From Pelagomonas calceolata (taxonomy: Eukaryota), in NCBI GenBank assembly GCA_918797485.1, contig CAKKNE010000004.1:620001-684000 (forward strand): DNA of 64,000 nt. Reading direction: 5' to 3'. Shown piece after piece: positions 40,093 to 49,756 of this stretch. How positions within the stretch are numbered: position 1 is the first letter of the stretch; each line of letters begins with the position of its first letter. The notes below the pieces were generated by a model, which was not told the origin of the DNA, searched no databases, and was given only the letters and a program-made list of their open reading frames with translations. The translations under genes were made by a program, and so were the position numbers.

Positions 40093-43000
40093 CCGGAGGC
40101 AGTCTTGTCCGACAATACCTTGTTAGATGAGGCCATGGAGAAACATCGACTCGATAGTATGAAAGAGCAAAAAGTGATACAAATATTGGTCGTTACCGCC
40201 TCGGGCGCGAAGAGGCCCTCTGTTTTTGTGAAGCCGTGGGCGATCGTCGGTGATCTCATGCGCGAGATCCAGCAGAAGATTGGTGGTCCCCTGTCAAAAT
40301 ATCAGTATCTGCAGTCCATCGGCGGCAGACAGATGCACAAAGCCGCTTTGCTCCAGCACTACGACATCCAGAATAATTCTACTGTGGTTTTGTCGGAGCC
40401 CTGGCCTGGGCATCTTCTAGGAGGCTCGTTGTTGTCGTTGAAAGAGCTCATTGACAAGGGCAGCCTAAACGTGGGCGACATCATCGTCTTCAGAGAACAC
40501 AATCACCAAGAGGAAGGCGAACTGCTCGAGAACGGTTGGATCAGGCACGAGGGCACAGTCTACAAGTCGGCGAGCGCGTTCGTGGGGGCGATGCGCGGGC
40601 AATCTTCCAGTGGATATAACTTTCTCTATACGGCTACCGGTACGCCGATCCAGTCGCTCCGCAGCGACCCCTCCGAGAGTAGCTCGAACGACGACGACTT
40701 GCGCAGCGACTCGAACAGCGACGACGAGGCGCCCCCGCAGCCGCCTGGGGACCAGCAGCTCGCGGGCCGGCGGCGGCGCCAGCCAACCGAGCGCTTTGAT
40801 CATCAACAGCAAGAGGGCGAGTATTATGTGAAGCGTGGGCCCGCTGTGGGTGGCGCAGGCGACGGTGACGACGACGTGGTCATGGAGGACGATGACGAGC
40901 AGTCCCAGCCGCAACAAGCTCCGCTCATATCCACACAACCTATAGGTAACAGTAGCTCGAACGGCGACGACTCGAGCAGCGACAGCAGCGAGAAGGCGAC
41001 GCCCTGGATGACCCGCCCTACGGACGACGCCCAAATCCGGCGCAACCAGGCCGAGGCGCGGAGGAAACTAGCTGCTGAGAGGGAACGGTTGAAGAAGAGA
41101 CCTTTAGCGAAGGGCGGATTGTCGTCGGACGGCGGCAGTGCATCAAAGCCCTCTCCGCAGAAGAAGCGCGCGCCGCCGCCGCCTCCTCCTCATGACGCCG
41201 ACATGGAGGACGAAGACGAGCAGCTGCAGCTGCAACGAGCTCTGATCATGTCCAAACAACGTATGGAAGAGGGATTGGTGAAGGACGATGGCAAGCCGGC
41301 GGCGAAGCCGAAGCGCAAGCGCCGCGTGATCGAAGAACTCGACGAAGAGGACGACGGCGGCGCGCTGGAAGGGCTCACATCTCAGCCGTCCCTGCCCGAG
41401 CCACCCTCGAAAAACGATGACGGTCATCCATCTGCGACGGCGGACCACGCGCGGCCCGGCGGTGTACCGCCACCACCTTCTCTCCCACCGGCGAAGCGCT
41501 CGTGCCAATCCTCTTCGCCGACCTCCGGGAATGTCAAAGTGTTCTTCGACGGCGACCTGCCTAGCGAGTCCGTTTTACAGGGACTGAGGGACGCGGGCGT
41601 CAGCATAGTGAATCGGCCGCGCGACGCTACGTATGTCGTGTGCGAGGAGCCGCTACGACTTTCGCTTACGTTTACCGCTGCCAGCTGCATCGTGCATTAT
41701 GCTGTGACTTACGAGTGGGTCCATGCTACCATCCAGGCCGTTCGCCCCGTAGATGCGACGAACTACGTTGTGGACAGCCACGAGCTCGAACAAGAAGTTG
41801 GATTTAATCTCGCCGATAATTTGAGGCGGAACCGTGAGGCGCGGGACCGCTCGGAATTACGCCTGCTTCAGGACTACGCGGTGTGTGTGGATCCGGACTT
41901 TCAGTGGCCACGTGATCTATTGCATGATTTGCAGGAGATGATCGACTGCTCCGACGCGATGCGGCTCGAATTTAGTAATGTGGTCGAATTAGACGGCACC
42001 CTACCGCAAGAAGGAGCCATCATCATCAAAGACGACAGTGGGCTAGTAGATGAGGCGCTTGTGGACGATATCGCGTCCCCAACCACTGTATTAAAGCACC
42101 GGTATCTCTGTGAGTGCCTTCTGAGGAGGGCGTACCCCTGGGAAGAAGTGGCCGAAGCACCAGCACCCGCCGCACCGGACTCGTCCTTTACGAGGCCCGC
42201 GACCATCGATTCCTTGAGGAACAACCCCCTTCCCTTGGAGTCTAGGCATAGGCCGCCAGGTAGCGCTATTGTGCATGGGGACTACGACCTCCTCGAGGTG
42301 CTATGTGCTAAAGCTGCTAATGCCACACCAGCGGAAGTTGTGGCCTGGAAAATTTATGGAAGTTTACGTCTCCAAGACCTCAAAGATCTCCTGGAAGCGA
42401 ACGGCCAGTCCAAGGTCGGCAACGAGGCCTTTGTACTCAGAAAGGTCATTGACGGCGCGGCGCGCGGCGCGCCGGCCATCTGTAGTATCTGTGGGCAAGG
42501 CAAGCCCAAGCCCGTCGAGGGCGAGCTAGGGAGGTGGTGTTGCCCCGGCTACTATGATCAGTCTTTATCTTATACGAGCTGCCCCCAGACCTGGACGGAC
42601 GCGACACTACCTAGAAAGCAGTGGATCGATACAGATAGAGGCTTCGGCGGCCGGGCGAACCCTCCTTCTGTCCCTCTGCCCACGAGCTTCACGCAAGATG
42701 AGGTTAACGACTTCTACGCCAGAGCTGAGACTCGCCCGGTGGCACCGGCCTGGATGAGAGCACAAGTTGAGGAGGCGCTGGCGCCCGCCCCGCGGCAGGG
42801 CGATGCCAACACGCTCGACATGCTAGGCGAGCTCGTCGACCAGTTAAACCCCATGGTGGTGCAGAATTCGAGTGCTGCGGTTCGCCTCAACGTCCACATC
42901 ATGGGGATGAAACTAGTGACGCTCGCGAGATCGGGCGGCGATGGCGACGATCACGAAGAGGAAGGCAAGACTGGCGGAGATCCGAGTCCGCCACCGGCTC

Positions 43001-46000
43001 CACCTGCTCCGCGGGTGCCACTGCCAGAGGACGCTGACAATTGGCCAAAAGCTTTCATTGAACTGCTGCGCGAGAAGAAGGTGAAGTGCACCTTTACGGA
43101 TCCAAATCCCAAGTCAGCACGGCGTTGGTTAGGCGCCAAGTCAGCAAGTGCTGCTCGCTATGATGGGTATATGGGCGCCACCAATATCGGGGATTATTTC
43201 GTCATCTTCGGCGGCAACATGGGTGACCTGCGCAACGATATCGATCATAAATACTGCAAGCTCGACAAATCGGCGCGCGACGCCGCGTGGCTCGAGTTCT
43301 TGGAGTCGGGCGAGGACTTTCAGTCGAAGGCGGCGGCGGCGGCGGCGAGGGCCAAGCCCGGCGCTAAATCGGGCGGCGGCGCCGCCGATGACGCTGATAA
43401 TGAGGACCTGATTGACACGGATACGAACCCTCCGACAGAGCCCCTCGTACTGCCACCTAACTGGAAAGACAGCGTTCGGCGGCGCCCGAACTCTCAGTTG
43501 GAAGCAGCGGTGTGTGCGCTGGATGCCGCCCTCAGGGGCAAGACGAGCTTTACTAAGGAATGGGACCTACTCTTGAAGCATCGCTGTTATTGTTTATATC
43601 AACACGAGGACGATCCAGCTAATAAAGCAGTGAAGAACCTCGAAGTGCCGATCGGTTGGCCGTCATACAAGGGGTTCAGCAAGGACCCAAAGAAGAATAG
43701 ACCTTCCAGCCTGAAGTTGTTGCGCAAATACCTCAAGTATGCACTGCGACTCGCGAAGGAAGGAGGCGAATACTGCCTAGACGGCGCGCAGAGCGAAAGC
43801 AATCGCTGGTGGCCGGAGGAGAGGGAGAAATTTCACGAGGCCATGGCGACGCTCAACATAAAGCGGAGCGGGGGTGCAAAGAACATATTGAAGGACGACT
43901 GCCGCCGGATCGCGGAGAGCATACCCAACAAAACGACTGAGCAGGTCCTTAGGCACGGTGTTGGTTACTTCAGCTCCTTCGATGCGGAAGCGCAAGCTAT
44001 TGAAAAGCTCACTAGAACTGGCGACCCCTACGTGAAGTCCGTCTTGGACACGGACGCCACCGACGCGTCCAAGCTCCTCTTCTGCATCATATCTACAGGC
44101 CGGTGGGTCGACGCCAAACTCATTGAATTGAGACTGTTAAAAGCTGGCCTAGGAGCATCACAAATACTGTGGGTCGTGGGCACCCAGGGAGAAGTGGCCA
44201 AGTACAAGTCGCAATGCTATGGTGAAGTAGTAGTAGGAGGCGGTCTCTCTGCGTCGAGAAACGAAGCTCTAGATCAGGCCCGACGCCGCGGCTGCGTGTG
44301 CGTGCAACTGAGGGACAGTGTTTGTAAGTGCGTGGTAATACAGGAGGGCAGATCGCTAGCTGATTTCCACAAAGGGATAGGTCTGTGGAAAGAGCCAGCG
44401 AGTCTGAAGGCGGCCAACACCGCGGGCTCGAAGAAGGTGGAGGCGACACTGGTGGTCGCGGCCGAGTTGTTGTACAAATTGATGAAAGCGACGGACAAAC
44501 GCTTGGCAGGCTGCTTCCCTGTCCGGAACGAGGGCTTCGCCGCAAGCAAGGAACCGGTGCAGCAGCGGGAACTTGTTGATGAAAGGCTGTTGGTAATCGA
44601 CCCGAAGGACACCGAATTGAAATTCGACGAATCATTGAATTTCAGGGAGGTCGACGAGTTCACGGCGCAGCACTTCAACACTTATGGCGGGATTTGTAGA
44701 TCAAACCGCGTGCTGTGTGTGGGACAAAACGACCAGAAGAAGCGACGTGTGGGGCTAGGATCCTGGGTCACCCCGGAGGGACCTAGTGAAGAGGATAAAC
44801 GGAACGCCATCGATTCACTGCTCAATAAGCATCGCGACTTGTTCCGTGAGAGGATCATCTACAATAGAACAACACGCCCGCACGATAGATATGTGTTGAG
44901 TTGGAAACAAAAGGACGCCTCTCCGGAGCCGAAGGATCAAAATGAGACCATGGAGGACGTGCAGCCCGGCGAGCAGACCAACCCGTCTACACAACTACCG
45001 TTCGACGCCGCGTCTTTGGCGGCCCTGGAATGTCCGCCGGTGCCGGCAGCTATGCGAAAACCGACCCCAAAGGAAAAATTTATACGCTTCGCATTTCTGG
45101 CGCGCGAGACGTTCAAGTGTGAGAACGGCGAAAAAAGCGAGGCTGCCCTGATTTTGCCACACGAAGAAGGCAATTCCCGACAGGAAGGCCAGGTTCGCGT
45201 GCTTTGCGAGTTAGTGAAAGGTAGGTTCACCCACAAGGTGAAGTTCGCATCACGTGCTTCTAAGGAGCAGCTTACTATTTTGGGAGAGGACGATTATGGC
45301 TTCGAATTTATACGGACGAAGGCGCCTGCGATGTACAGAGATATGAAGTGCATTTTTGTGGTGGATCCCAGGGCCAAGGGTGGTTCTTTCAGGCCCCGAT
45401 GTGCCCATGCGAAAGGTTTTGTCACACTCGCCAATGGATGTGCGCGAGGCTTAGAGTGCCCTAATTCTAAAATAGACATCGAACAGCACCACATCACCGC
45501 GCATGAACGCGACTGCCTCTTGGCCCCATCCACAATGCTCATCAACACGGGGTTGCTCGCCAGCGGCATTTGGGGAAGGCAACGACCCTTACACAAGCAG
45601 CTCAACAAGCTCTGGGAGATGATCCAGCATCAACATTCCATTAACGATAAAACCTTTGTCCATCGAAACGAGATCTCGGTTCCAGTTGACACTAAGCAGT
45701 CAGGCGACGCATATGGTGGACATAGTACTCTATGGAATGAACTCAAACCAGGCGGCAAATTATTTAGGCACTTGAAAGAAGCTGTTCCTACTCGTGTACA
45801 TGATCTGCTGCCAGAGGGTCTGCCCAACGACTTCACGACGCGGGGCACGTACTACGAACTCAAGAACGATAGTGAAGAATACTTCCCGTTCTGGGGCCGG
45901 GACACGCTTCTCTATTATGAGCCCAAGTCGAAAAATCAAACGCTGTCCGTCGTTTATGGGAAATGCCCCATAACAGGAGTGGGCGGACGAAAGACGAAGA

Positions 46001-46128
46001 AACAAAATCCTTTTCCCCTTGTGCTACACCACATCACAGTCGATAAAAAGGAATACTTTGTTGGCTTCATCAACGACAGTGTGAACAGGGGCCTCGGCAG
46101 CACCGGCGCCCCGAATCCGTTTGCCTAG
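39754..46128 (+). CDS. 3' part of giant mosaic chromatin/DNA-modification-domain protein (Ubl, RAMA, UIM, 2xBRCT, PADR1, SANT, GT-A, EndoVII-like); alternative start ATG 40135
   Basis: Uninterrupted 2124-codon frame with successive recognisable modules (see findings). Confidence 0.8.
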   Translation: MGYGRRASRRRSRTRRAPRARPLGVALCQNSPRAVARLVGALTDSLDGLRTASLAVAVADAACVQGSASLDVALCQNSPRAVARLVGALTDSLDGLRTAGLAAAVADAACVQGPEAVLSDNTLLDEAMEKHRLDSMKEQKVIQILVVTASGAKRPSVFVKPWAIVGDLMREIQQKIGGPLSKYQYLQSIGGRQMHKAALLQHYDIQNNSTVVLSEPWPGHLLGGSLLSLKELIDKGSLNVGDIIVFREHNHQEEGELLENGWIRHEGTVYKSASAFVGAMRGQSSSGYNFLYTATGTPIQSLRSDPSESSSNDDDLRSDSNSDDEAPPQPPGDQQLAGRRRRQPTERFDHQQQEGEYYVKRGPAVGGAGDGDDDVVMEDDDEQSQPQQAPLISTQPIGNSSSNGDDSSSDSSEKATPWMTRPTDDAQIRRNQAEARRKLAAERERLKKRPLAKGGLSSDGGSASKPSPQKKRAPPPPPPHDADMEDEDEQLQLQRALIMSKQRMEEGLVKDDGKPAAKPKRKRRVIEELDEEDDGGALEGLTSQPSLPEPPSKNDDGHPSATADHARPGGVPPPPSLPPAKRSCQSSSPTSGNVKVFFDGDLPSESVLQGLRDAGVSIVNRPRDATYVVCEEPLRLSLTFTAASCIVHYAVTYEWVHATIQAVRPVDATNYVVDSHELEQEVGFNLADNLRRNREARDRSELRLLQDYAVCVDPDFQWPRDLLHDLQEMIDCSDAMRLEFSNVVELDGTLPQEGAIIIKDDSGLVDEALVDDIASPTTVLKHRYLCECLLRRAYPWEEVAEAPAPAAPDSSFTRPATIDSLRNNPLPLESRHRPPGSAIVHGDYDLLEVLCAKAANATPAEVVAWKIYGSLRLQDLKDLLEANGQSKVGNEAFVLRKVIDGAARGAPAICSICGQGKPKPVEGELGRWCCPGYYDQSLSYTSCPQTWTDATLPRKQWIDTDRGFGGRANPPSVPLPTSFTQDEVNDFYARAETRPVAPAWMRAQVEEALAPAPRQGDANTLDMLGELVDQLNPMVVQNSSAAVRLNVHIMGMKLVTLARSGGDGDDHEEEGKTGGDPSPPPAPPAPRVPLPEDADNWPKAFIELLREKKVKCTFTDPNPKSARRWLGAKSASAARYDGYMGATNIGDYFVIFGGNMGDLRNDIDHKYCKLDKSARDAAWLEFLESGEDFQSKAAAAAARAKPGAKSGGGAADDADNEDLIDTDTNPPTEPLVLPPNWKDSVRRRPNSQLEAAVCALDAALRGKTSFTKEWDLLLKHRCYCLYQHEDDPANKAVKNLEVPIGWPSYKGFSKDPKKNRPSSLKLLRKYLKYALRLAKEGGEYCLDGAQSESNRWWPEEREKFHEAMATLNIKRSGGAKNILKDDCRRIAESIPNKTTEQVLRHGVGYFSSFDAEAQAIEKLTRTGDPYVKSVLDTDATDASKLLFCIISTGRWVDAKLIELRLLKAGLGASQILWVVGTQGEVAKYKSQCYGEVVVGGGLSASRNEALDQARRRGCVCVQLRDSVCKCVVIQEGRSLADFHKGIGLWKEPASLKAANTAGSKKVEATLVVAAELLYKLMKATDKRLAGCFPVRNEGFAASKEPVQQRELVDERLLVIDPKDTELKFDESLNFREVDEFTAQHFNTYGGICRSNRVLCVGQNDQKKRRVGLGSWVTPEGPSEEDKRNAIDSLLNKHRDLFRERIIYNRTTRPHDRYVLSWKQKDASPEPKDQNETMEDVQPGEQTNPSTQLPFDAASLAALECPPVPAAMRKPTPKEKFIRFAFLARETFKCENGEKSEAALILPHEEGNSRQEGQVRVLCELVKGRFTHKVKFASRASKEQLTILGEDDYGFEFIRTKAPAMYRDMKCIFVVDPRAKGGSFRPRCAHAKGFVTLANGCARGLECPNSKIDIEQHHITAHERDCLLAPSTMLINTGLLASGIWGRQRPLHKQLNKLWEMIQHQHSINDKTFVHRNEISVPVDTKQSGDAYGGHSTLWNELKPGGKLFRHLKEAVPTRVHDLLPEGLPNDFTTRGTYYELKNDSEEYFPFWGRDTLLYYEPKSKNQTLSVVYGKCPITGVGGRKTKKQNPFPLVLHHITVDKKEYFVGFINDSVNRGLGSTGAPNPFA

Positions 46129-46145
46129 TTCGCGCCAGCCGTGCG

Positions 46146-46490
46146 TTATATATAGCGGAGGCACGACCGCGGTCCTACTATTAGAGTCGGTATCGCAGAC
46201 ATGTCGACGCTTAGTCGACGCCTACAATTCATTACGTGTGCGAGGCCATGAGTCAGAGACGCCGACGAGGCCATGAGCACACTCGCGGGTCGTGTATTAT
46301 ATATAGCGGAGGCACGACCGCGGTCCTACCATTATCTTTAGTACAACAGACCAGTATGGAGATTACTAGGACGGACTCCCACAGATTTAGTACAACGGCC
46401 CACCGCGGATTTACTACGGACACCGCGGTATTACTATGGATCCATACGGATTTAGTACAACGCGCCGCTGCGAATTTACTACGGACACGT
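46146..46490. repeat. Cluster of short direct repeats downstream of giant ORF
   Basis: 33-bp TTATATATAGCGGAGGCACGACCGCGGTCCTAC at 46146 and 46297; TTTAGTACAAC x3; ATTTACTACGGACAC x2. Confidence 0.85.
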
Positions 46491-46782
46491 GAGCGGCGAG
46501 CACGACGCTCGACGGAGCGGATCGTGCAAGAAGAAAACTTTGGGTTAGATTACCGAGCGTCGGAAGGCCCCCGAGGTCAGGTCGGCGTCCGTGGCCACCA
46601 TCTGCCGAATGGTGGTCGCGTATTAGAGGCGAGCGGTCGGGAACGGATCGGACTGGTTATTGCGACAGGACCGGACTGTTAGGGCCGCCCACGGTTGCTG
46701 TGCGACGCCCCGCGCGGGGGGGCATTTCGCACGTGGCCGTGTTAGTGTAATGTCTATAAGAAGTATTTCTAGTAAGTATTCT

Positions 46783-47025
46783 CTACAGAGATTCATCCTG
46801 CTTCCGGACCAATTCCGTAAGCGCCATGTCGCTCTCGCCTTTATTGCGCACGTAGCCGCTCAGCGCGTACGTCTCCGAGCCGCCCGTGTGCAGGCCCGTG
46901 TTCGGGTCGATCGTGCCGACGTTGATCTGGACCGAGGCCTGGTCCGACGCGCCTATGAGCCGGTTGGTCCAGCTGCACTTCCGCGGGATGTAGAGGTCGA
47001 CGGGCTGGCCCTGGTCGTTCTGCAT
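46783..47025 (-). CDS. RPS21: 40S ribosomal protein S21 (eS21)
   Basis: MQNDQGQPVDLYIPRKCSWTNRLI..D.ASVQINV..YALSGYVRNKGESD. Confidence 0.97.
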   Translation of the reverse strand: MQNDQGQPVDLYIPRKCSWTNRLIGASDQASVQINVGTIDPNTGLHTGGSETYALSGYVRNKGESDMALTELVRKQDESL

Positions 47026-47170
47026 CCTGCTTTCTGTGGTTTTTAGACGGCTCTACGAGCAATGAGTAAGCCTGCGTGAGGGGGCGGCGGGTGACGCGTT
47101 GGCGGTCAGGTAACGCGGCGGCGGTCTTGCGGGTGCTTCATTGCAGCGTTGCATGTCTCTCGGCGGTCGC

Positions 47171-47290
47171 GGCAGCGCTTCGATGGCGTTGGTGCTTCGC
47201 GCGCCGCGGCGGGTCGCCGCGGCGCCTCGCGACAGCGCGTCGATGGCTTTGGTGCTTCGCGCGCCGCGCCGGGTCGCCGCGGCGCCTCGC
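47171..47290. repeat. Two tandem 60-bp GC-rich repeats upstream of RPS21 CDS (possible 5'UTR intron)
   Basis: CGATGGC(G/T)TTGGTGCTTCGCGCGCCGCG(G/C)CGGGTCGCCGCGGCGCCTCGC twice, 60 bp apart. Confidence 0.8.
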
Positions 47291-47718
47291 AGCGCCGCGG
47301 CAGCCGCAGCGATTGCATGTGCCACAATATCTCGCCGCCGCGGCCATTTGATGCGCTGATACTTTGTGAGCCGTTCAAGGAGTAGTAATAAAGTCCCTCG
47401 AAGCCACTCATGTCGTTGATAGGGGACGCAGGCCTGAACAATACGATTTGTTTGTTAATCGCGCAAGCGATGAAAGTTAGCGTAAACACACTAGCCCTAC
47501 GCATTCGATGCCTCCAGACCGCTTCAAGCCTGAGTTACGGCCGCTGAGACGAGTCTCGGGACCCTTACCTCAGGAGAGCGCTCTCGTAACATTACAGCAC
47601 AACTGAACGCGACGGCGCCACAGACGCGCAGACGCACTATTGAACGTGAGAGAAGCAAGCTCAGCAGTCCCAGACGCTGTCGCCGCGGCGTGCTGCAAGC
47701 GGCACCGCAAACGGCACG

Positions 47719-49698
47719 ATGCAGCGGCTCATCGCCGCCCTGCTCCTGGCAGCCACCCACTGCCAGGCCAGCATCATAAAACCGGGCGATAAAAAATACG
47801 TCAGTATCATAAGACCGGGCGACAAGTACTCCCTCGACCCGTCGCGAGACCAATGCACCACTATAATAGTAGGCAAAGACGCGACCGGGGACGGCGGCCC
47901 GCTCACGAGCCACACGAACGACTGCAACGCCTGCGACTTTCGGTTGTCGAAAGTGCCGTCGAAGAAAACTTCCAAGGATGAGAAGAGAGACATTTATCGC
48001 TACAGAGCCGAGTACCCGCGCTACCTCGGTACCGATAAAGGCAAAACGTATGAACAAGTAAAAAAGTACTACGACTGGAAGCACGGGAAAGGCGACTTCA
48101 AGAGCATGGGTACCGTACCATACGATACGGATAGCACCTACGCGTTTATCGACGGCGCGTACGGGATGATGAACAATCAAGATTTGGCGATTGGCGAATC
48201 TACTTGTGGGGCTCGGATCACGGCCTTGCCCGTGTCTGAAGGTGGCCAGGCACTGATGGACGCGCGGGAGCTGTCGCTGATCGCTCTGGAGCGGTGCGCG
48301 ACGGCGCGATGTGCGGTGGAACTGATGGGCGGGCTGGCCGAGGCGCACGGCTTCTACGGAGCCGACGCGACCGCCGGCGAGGCCGGCGAAGCATTAACCG
48401 TGGTCGACAGGGAGGAGGCCTGGGTGTTTCATGTCCTGGCCGATGACACGGGTACTTCAGCAGTGTGGGCGGCGAGAAAAGTACCAGACGCACATGTGGC
48501 GGTCGTCGCGAATCAATTTGTGATCACGACCTTGCCGCCCGAAGAACAAGGATCGCAGTGGCTCGCTTCCGCCAATGTGAAAGACGTGGCGACACGAAGC
48601 GGACTCTGGGACGGCTCCGGGCAGCTCAACTTCCTCGAGGTCTATGGGTTGAGCCACCCCCACCTCTCGACCTACTCCACGCGCAGAGTGTGGCGGGTCT
48701 TCGACGTCGCGGCGCCGTCGAAACGACTCCCCGCGGAAACAGACGAGTGGGCGAGGGACTATCCGTTTTCAGTACCTGTGGAAGGCACTTTAGGAGCAGA
48801 AAAAGTCATGGCTTTACTGAGAGACCACTACGAGGGCACGCCCTACGACATGACCCGAGGCTTGGCGGCCGGGCCGCACGGCGACCCCGCGCGGTGGGAC
48901 ATGGCCGCCACGCCCGACGTTGGATATGCGGCCGCCGACTCGATCACGCTCGAAGAAGCCACGTCCGGGAAATTTGAAAGGGCCATCTCCATGTTCCGGA
49001 CGTCCTATAGCTTCGTCAGTCAATCTCGAGGAAAGAGTAGTGAGTTGCCCTCGATCCTGTGGGTGGCCCAGTACGCGCCGCACTCGGCGTCGTACATCCC
49101 GCTCTACGTCGAGTCGGACGACGTACCGGAAGCTTTGTCGACTGGTAGTCTACATGAAGTCGACCACACGTCGCTGTATTGGCCGGCGGCGATGGTAGGG
49201 AACTGGGCCGGGCGGCTCTATGATGTGGCGTATCCGCTCGTGCAGGCTAGGATCGAGGACATCTCTAGTCATATTCATGAGTCCAGACGCAAGGCGGAGA
49301 AGAGAGCCCTGGAAACGAAGACTCTGGCGGAGCGGACCAAAATCCTCTCGTCCCTGTCAAATGAAACGTCTCATTATGCGTTAGATGAGTGGTGGGCGCT
49401 CTTCTGGGACTTGTGTAGCAAAGTCAAGGACGGCCAGCGCCTCGACGATTTACATGTAGAAAAGTTGAAACCTACCAAAGCTTTTTATCCGCGGCGCTGG
49501 CTCGACGAGATCGGCTACTTCCCTCGTCAAGAGAGTTGGAAGGAGGGCGTGGTCATTTCATTTGATATATTAAAGTACGGCCTGGCCTTTCTGCTCGGCG
49601 CGTTCGCGGCGACGGCGCTACAGCGGCGCAAGCGGCCGCCTTCGCCAGCCCGGGCGCAAGCGACGGATTATGGGGTGGTGAGCGCGGAGATGACGTGA
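47719..49698 (+). CDS. Peptidase C69 (dipeptidase/secernin-like), signal peptide and C-terminal TM
   Basis: CTTIIVGKDATGDG..SHTND Ntn Cys, MNNQDLAIGESTC, IALERCATARCAV, VVANQFVI, ERAIS. Confidence 0.9.
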   Translation: MQRLIAALLLAATHCQASIIKPGDKKYVSIIRPGDKYSLDPSRDQCTTIIVGKDATGDGGPLTSHTNDCNACDFRLSKVPSKKTSKDEKRDIYRYRAEYPRYLGTDKGKTYEQVKKYYDWKHGKGDFKSMGTVPYDTDSTYAFIDGAYGMMNNQDLAIGESTCGARITALPVSEGGQALMDARELSLIALERCATARCAVELMGGLAEAHGFYGADATAGEAGEALTVVDREEAWVFHVLADDTGTSAVWAARKVPDAHVAVVANQFVITTLPPEEQGSQWLASANVKDVATRSGLWDGSGQLNFLEVYGLSHPHLSTYSTRRVWRVFDVAAPSKRLPAETDEWARDYPFSVPVEGTLGAEKVMALLRDHYEGTPYDMTRGLAAGPHGDPARWDMAATPDVGYAAADSITLEEATSGKFERAISMFRTSYSFVSQSRGKSSELPSILWVAQYAPHSASYIPLYVESDDVPEALSTGSLHEVDHTSLYWPAAMVGNWAGRLYDVAYPLVQARIEDISSHIHESRRKAEKRALETKTLAERTKILSSLSNETSHYALDEWWALFWDLCSKVKDGQRLDDLHVEKLKPTKAFYPRRWLDEIGYFPRQESWKEGVVISFDILKYGLAFLLGAFAATALQRRKRPPSPARAQATDYGVVSAEMT

Positions 49699-49756
49699 TC
49701 CATAGAAGCTGTGTAACTCTGTGTACAAATTCTTATTTAACAGACAGTAACTATGT

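Noticed and set aside
36647..46128. Assignment of the mosaic locus to a known transposon class
   Set aside because: No reverse transcriptase, DDE transposase, Rep/helicase, tyrosine recombinase, TIRs or TSDs recognised
46520..46740. Telomerase RNA, SRP RNA or RNase MRP/P
   Set aside because: Only partial word matches (CTAACCC, GGTCGGGAACGG, GGAAGGCCCC); full template or conserved regions not found by eye
47340..47470. snoRNA-like hairpin upstream of RPS21
   Set aside because: No convincing C/D or H/ACA box pair; could simply be promoter or 5'UTR
47769..47830. 33-bp tandem duplication in C69 peptidase pro-region (SIIKPGDK/SIIRPGDK)
   Set aside because: Small in-frame duplication upstream of the catalytic Cys; likely neutral
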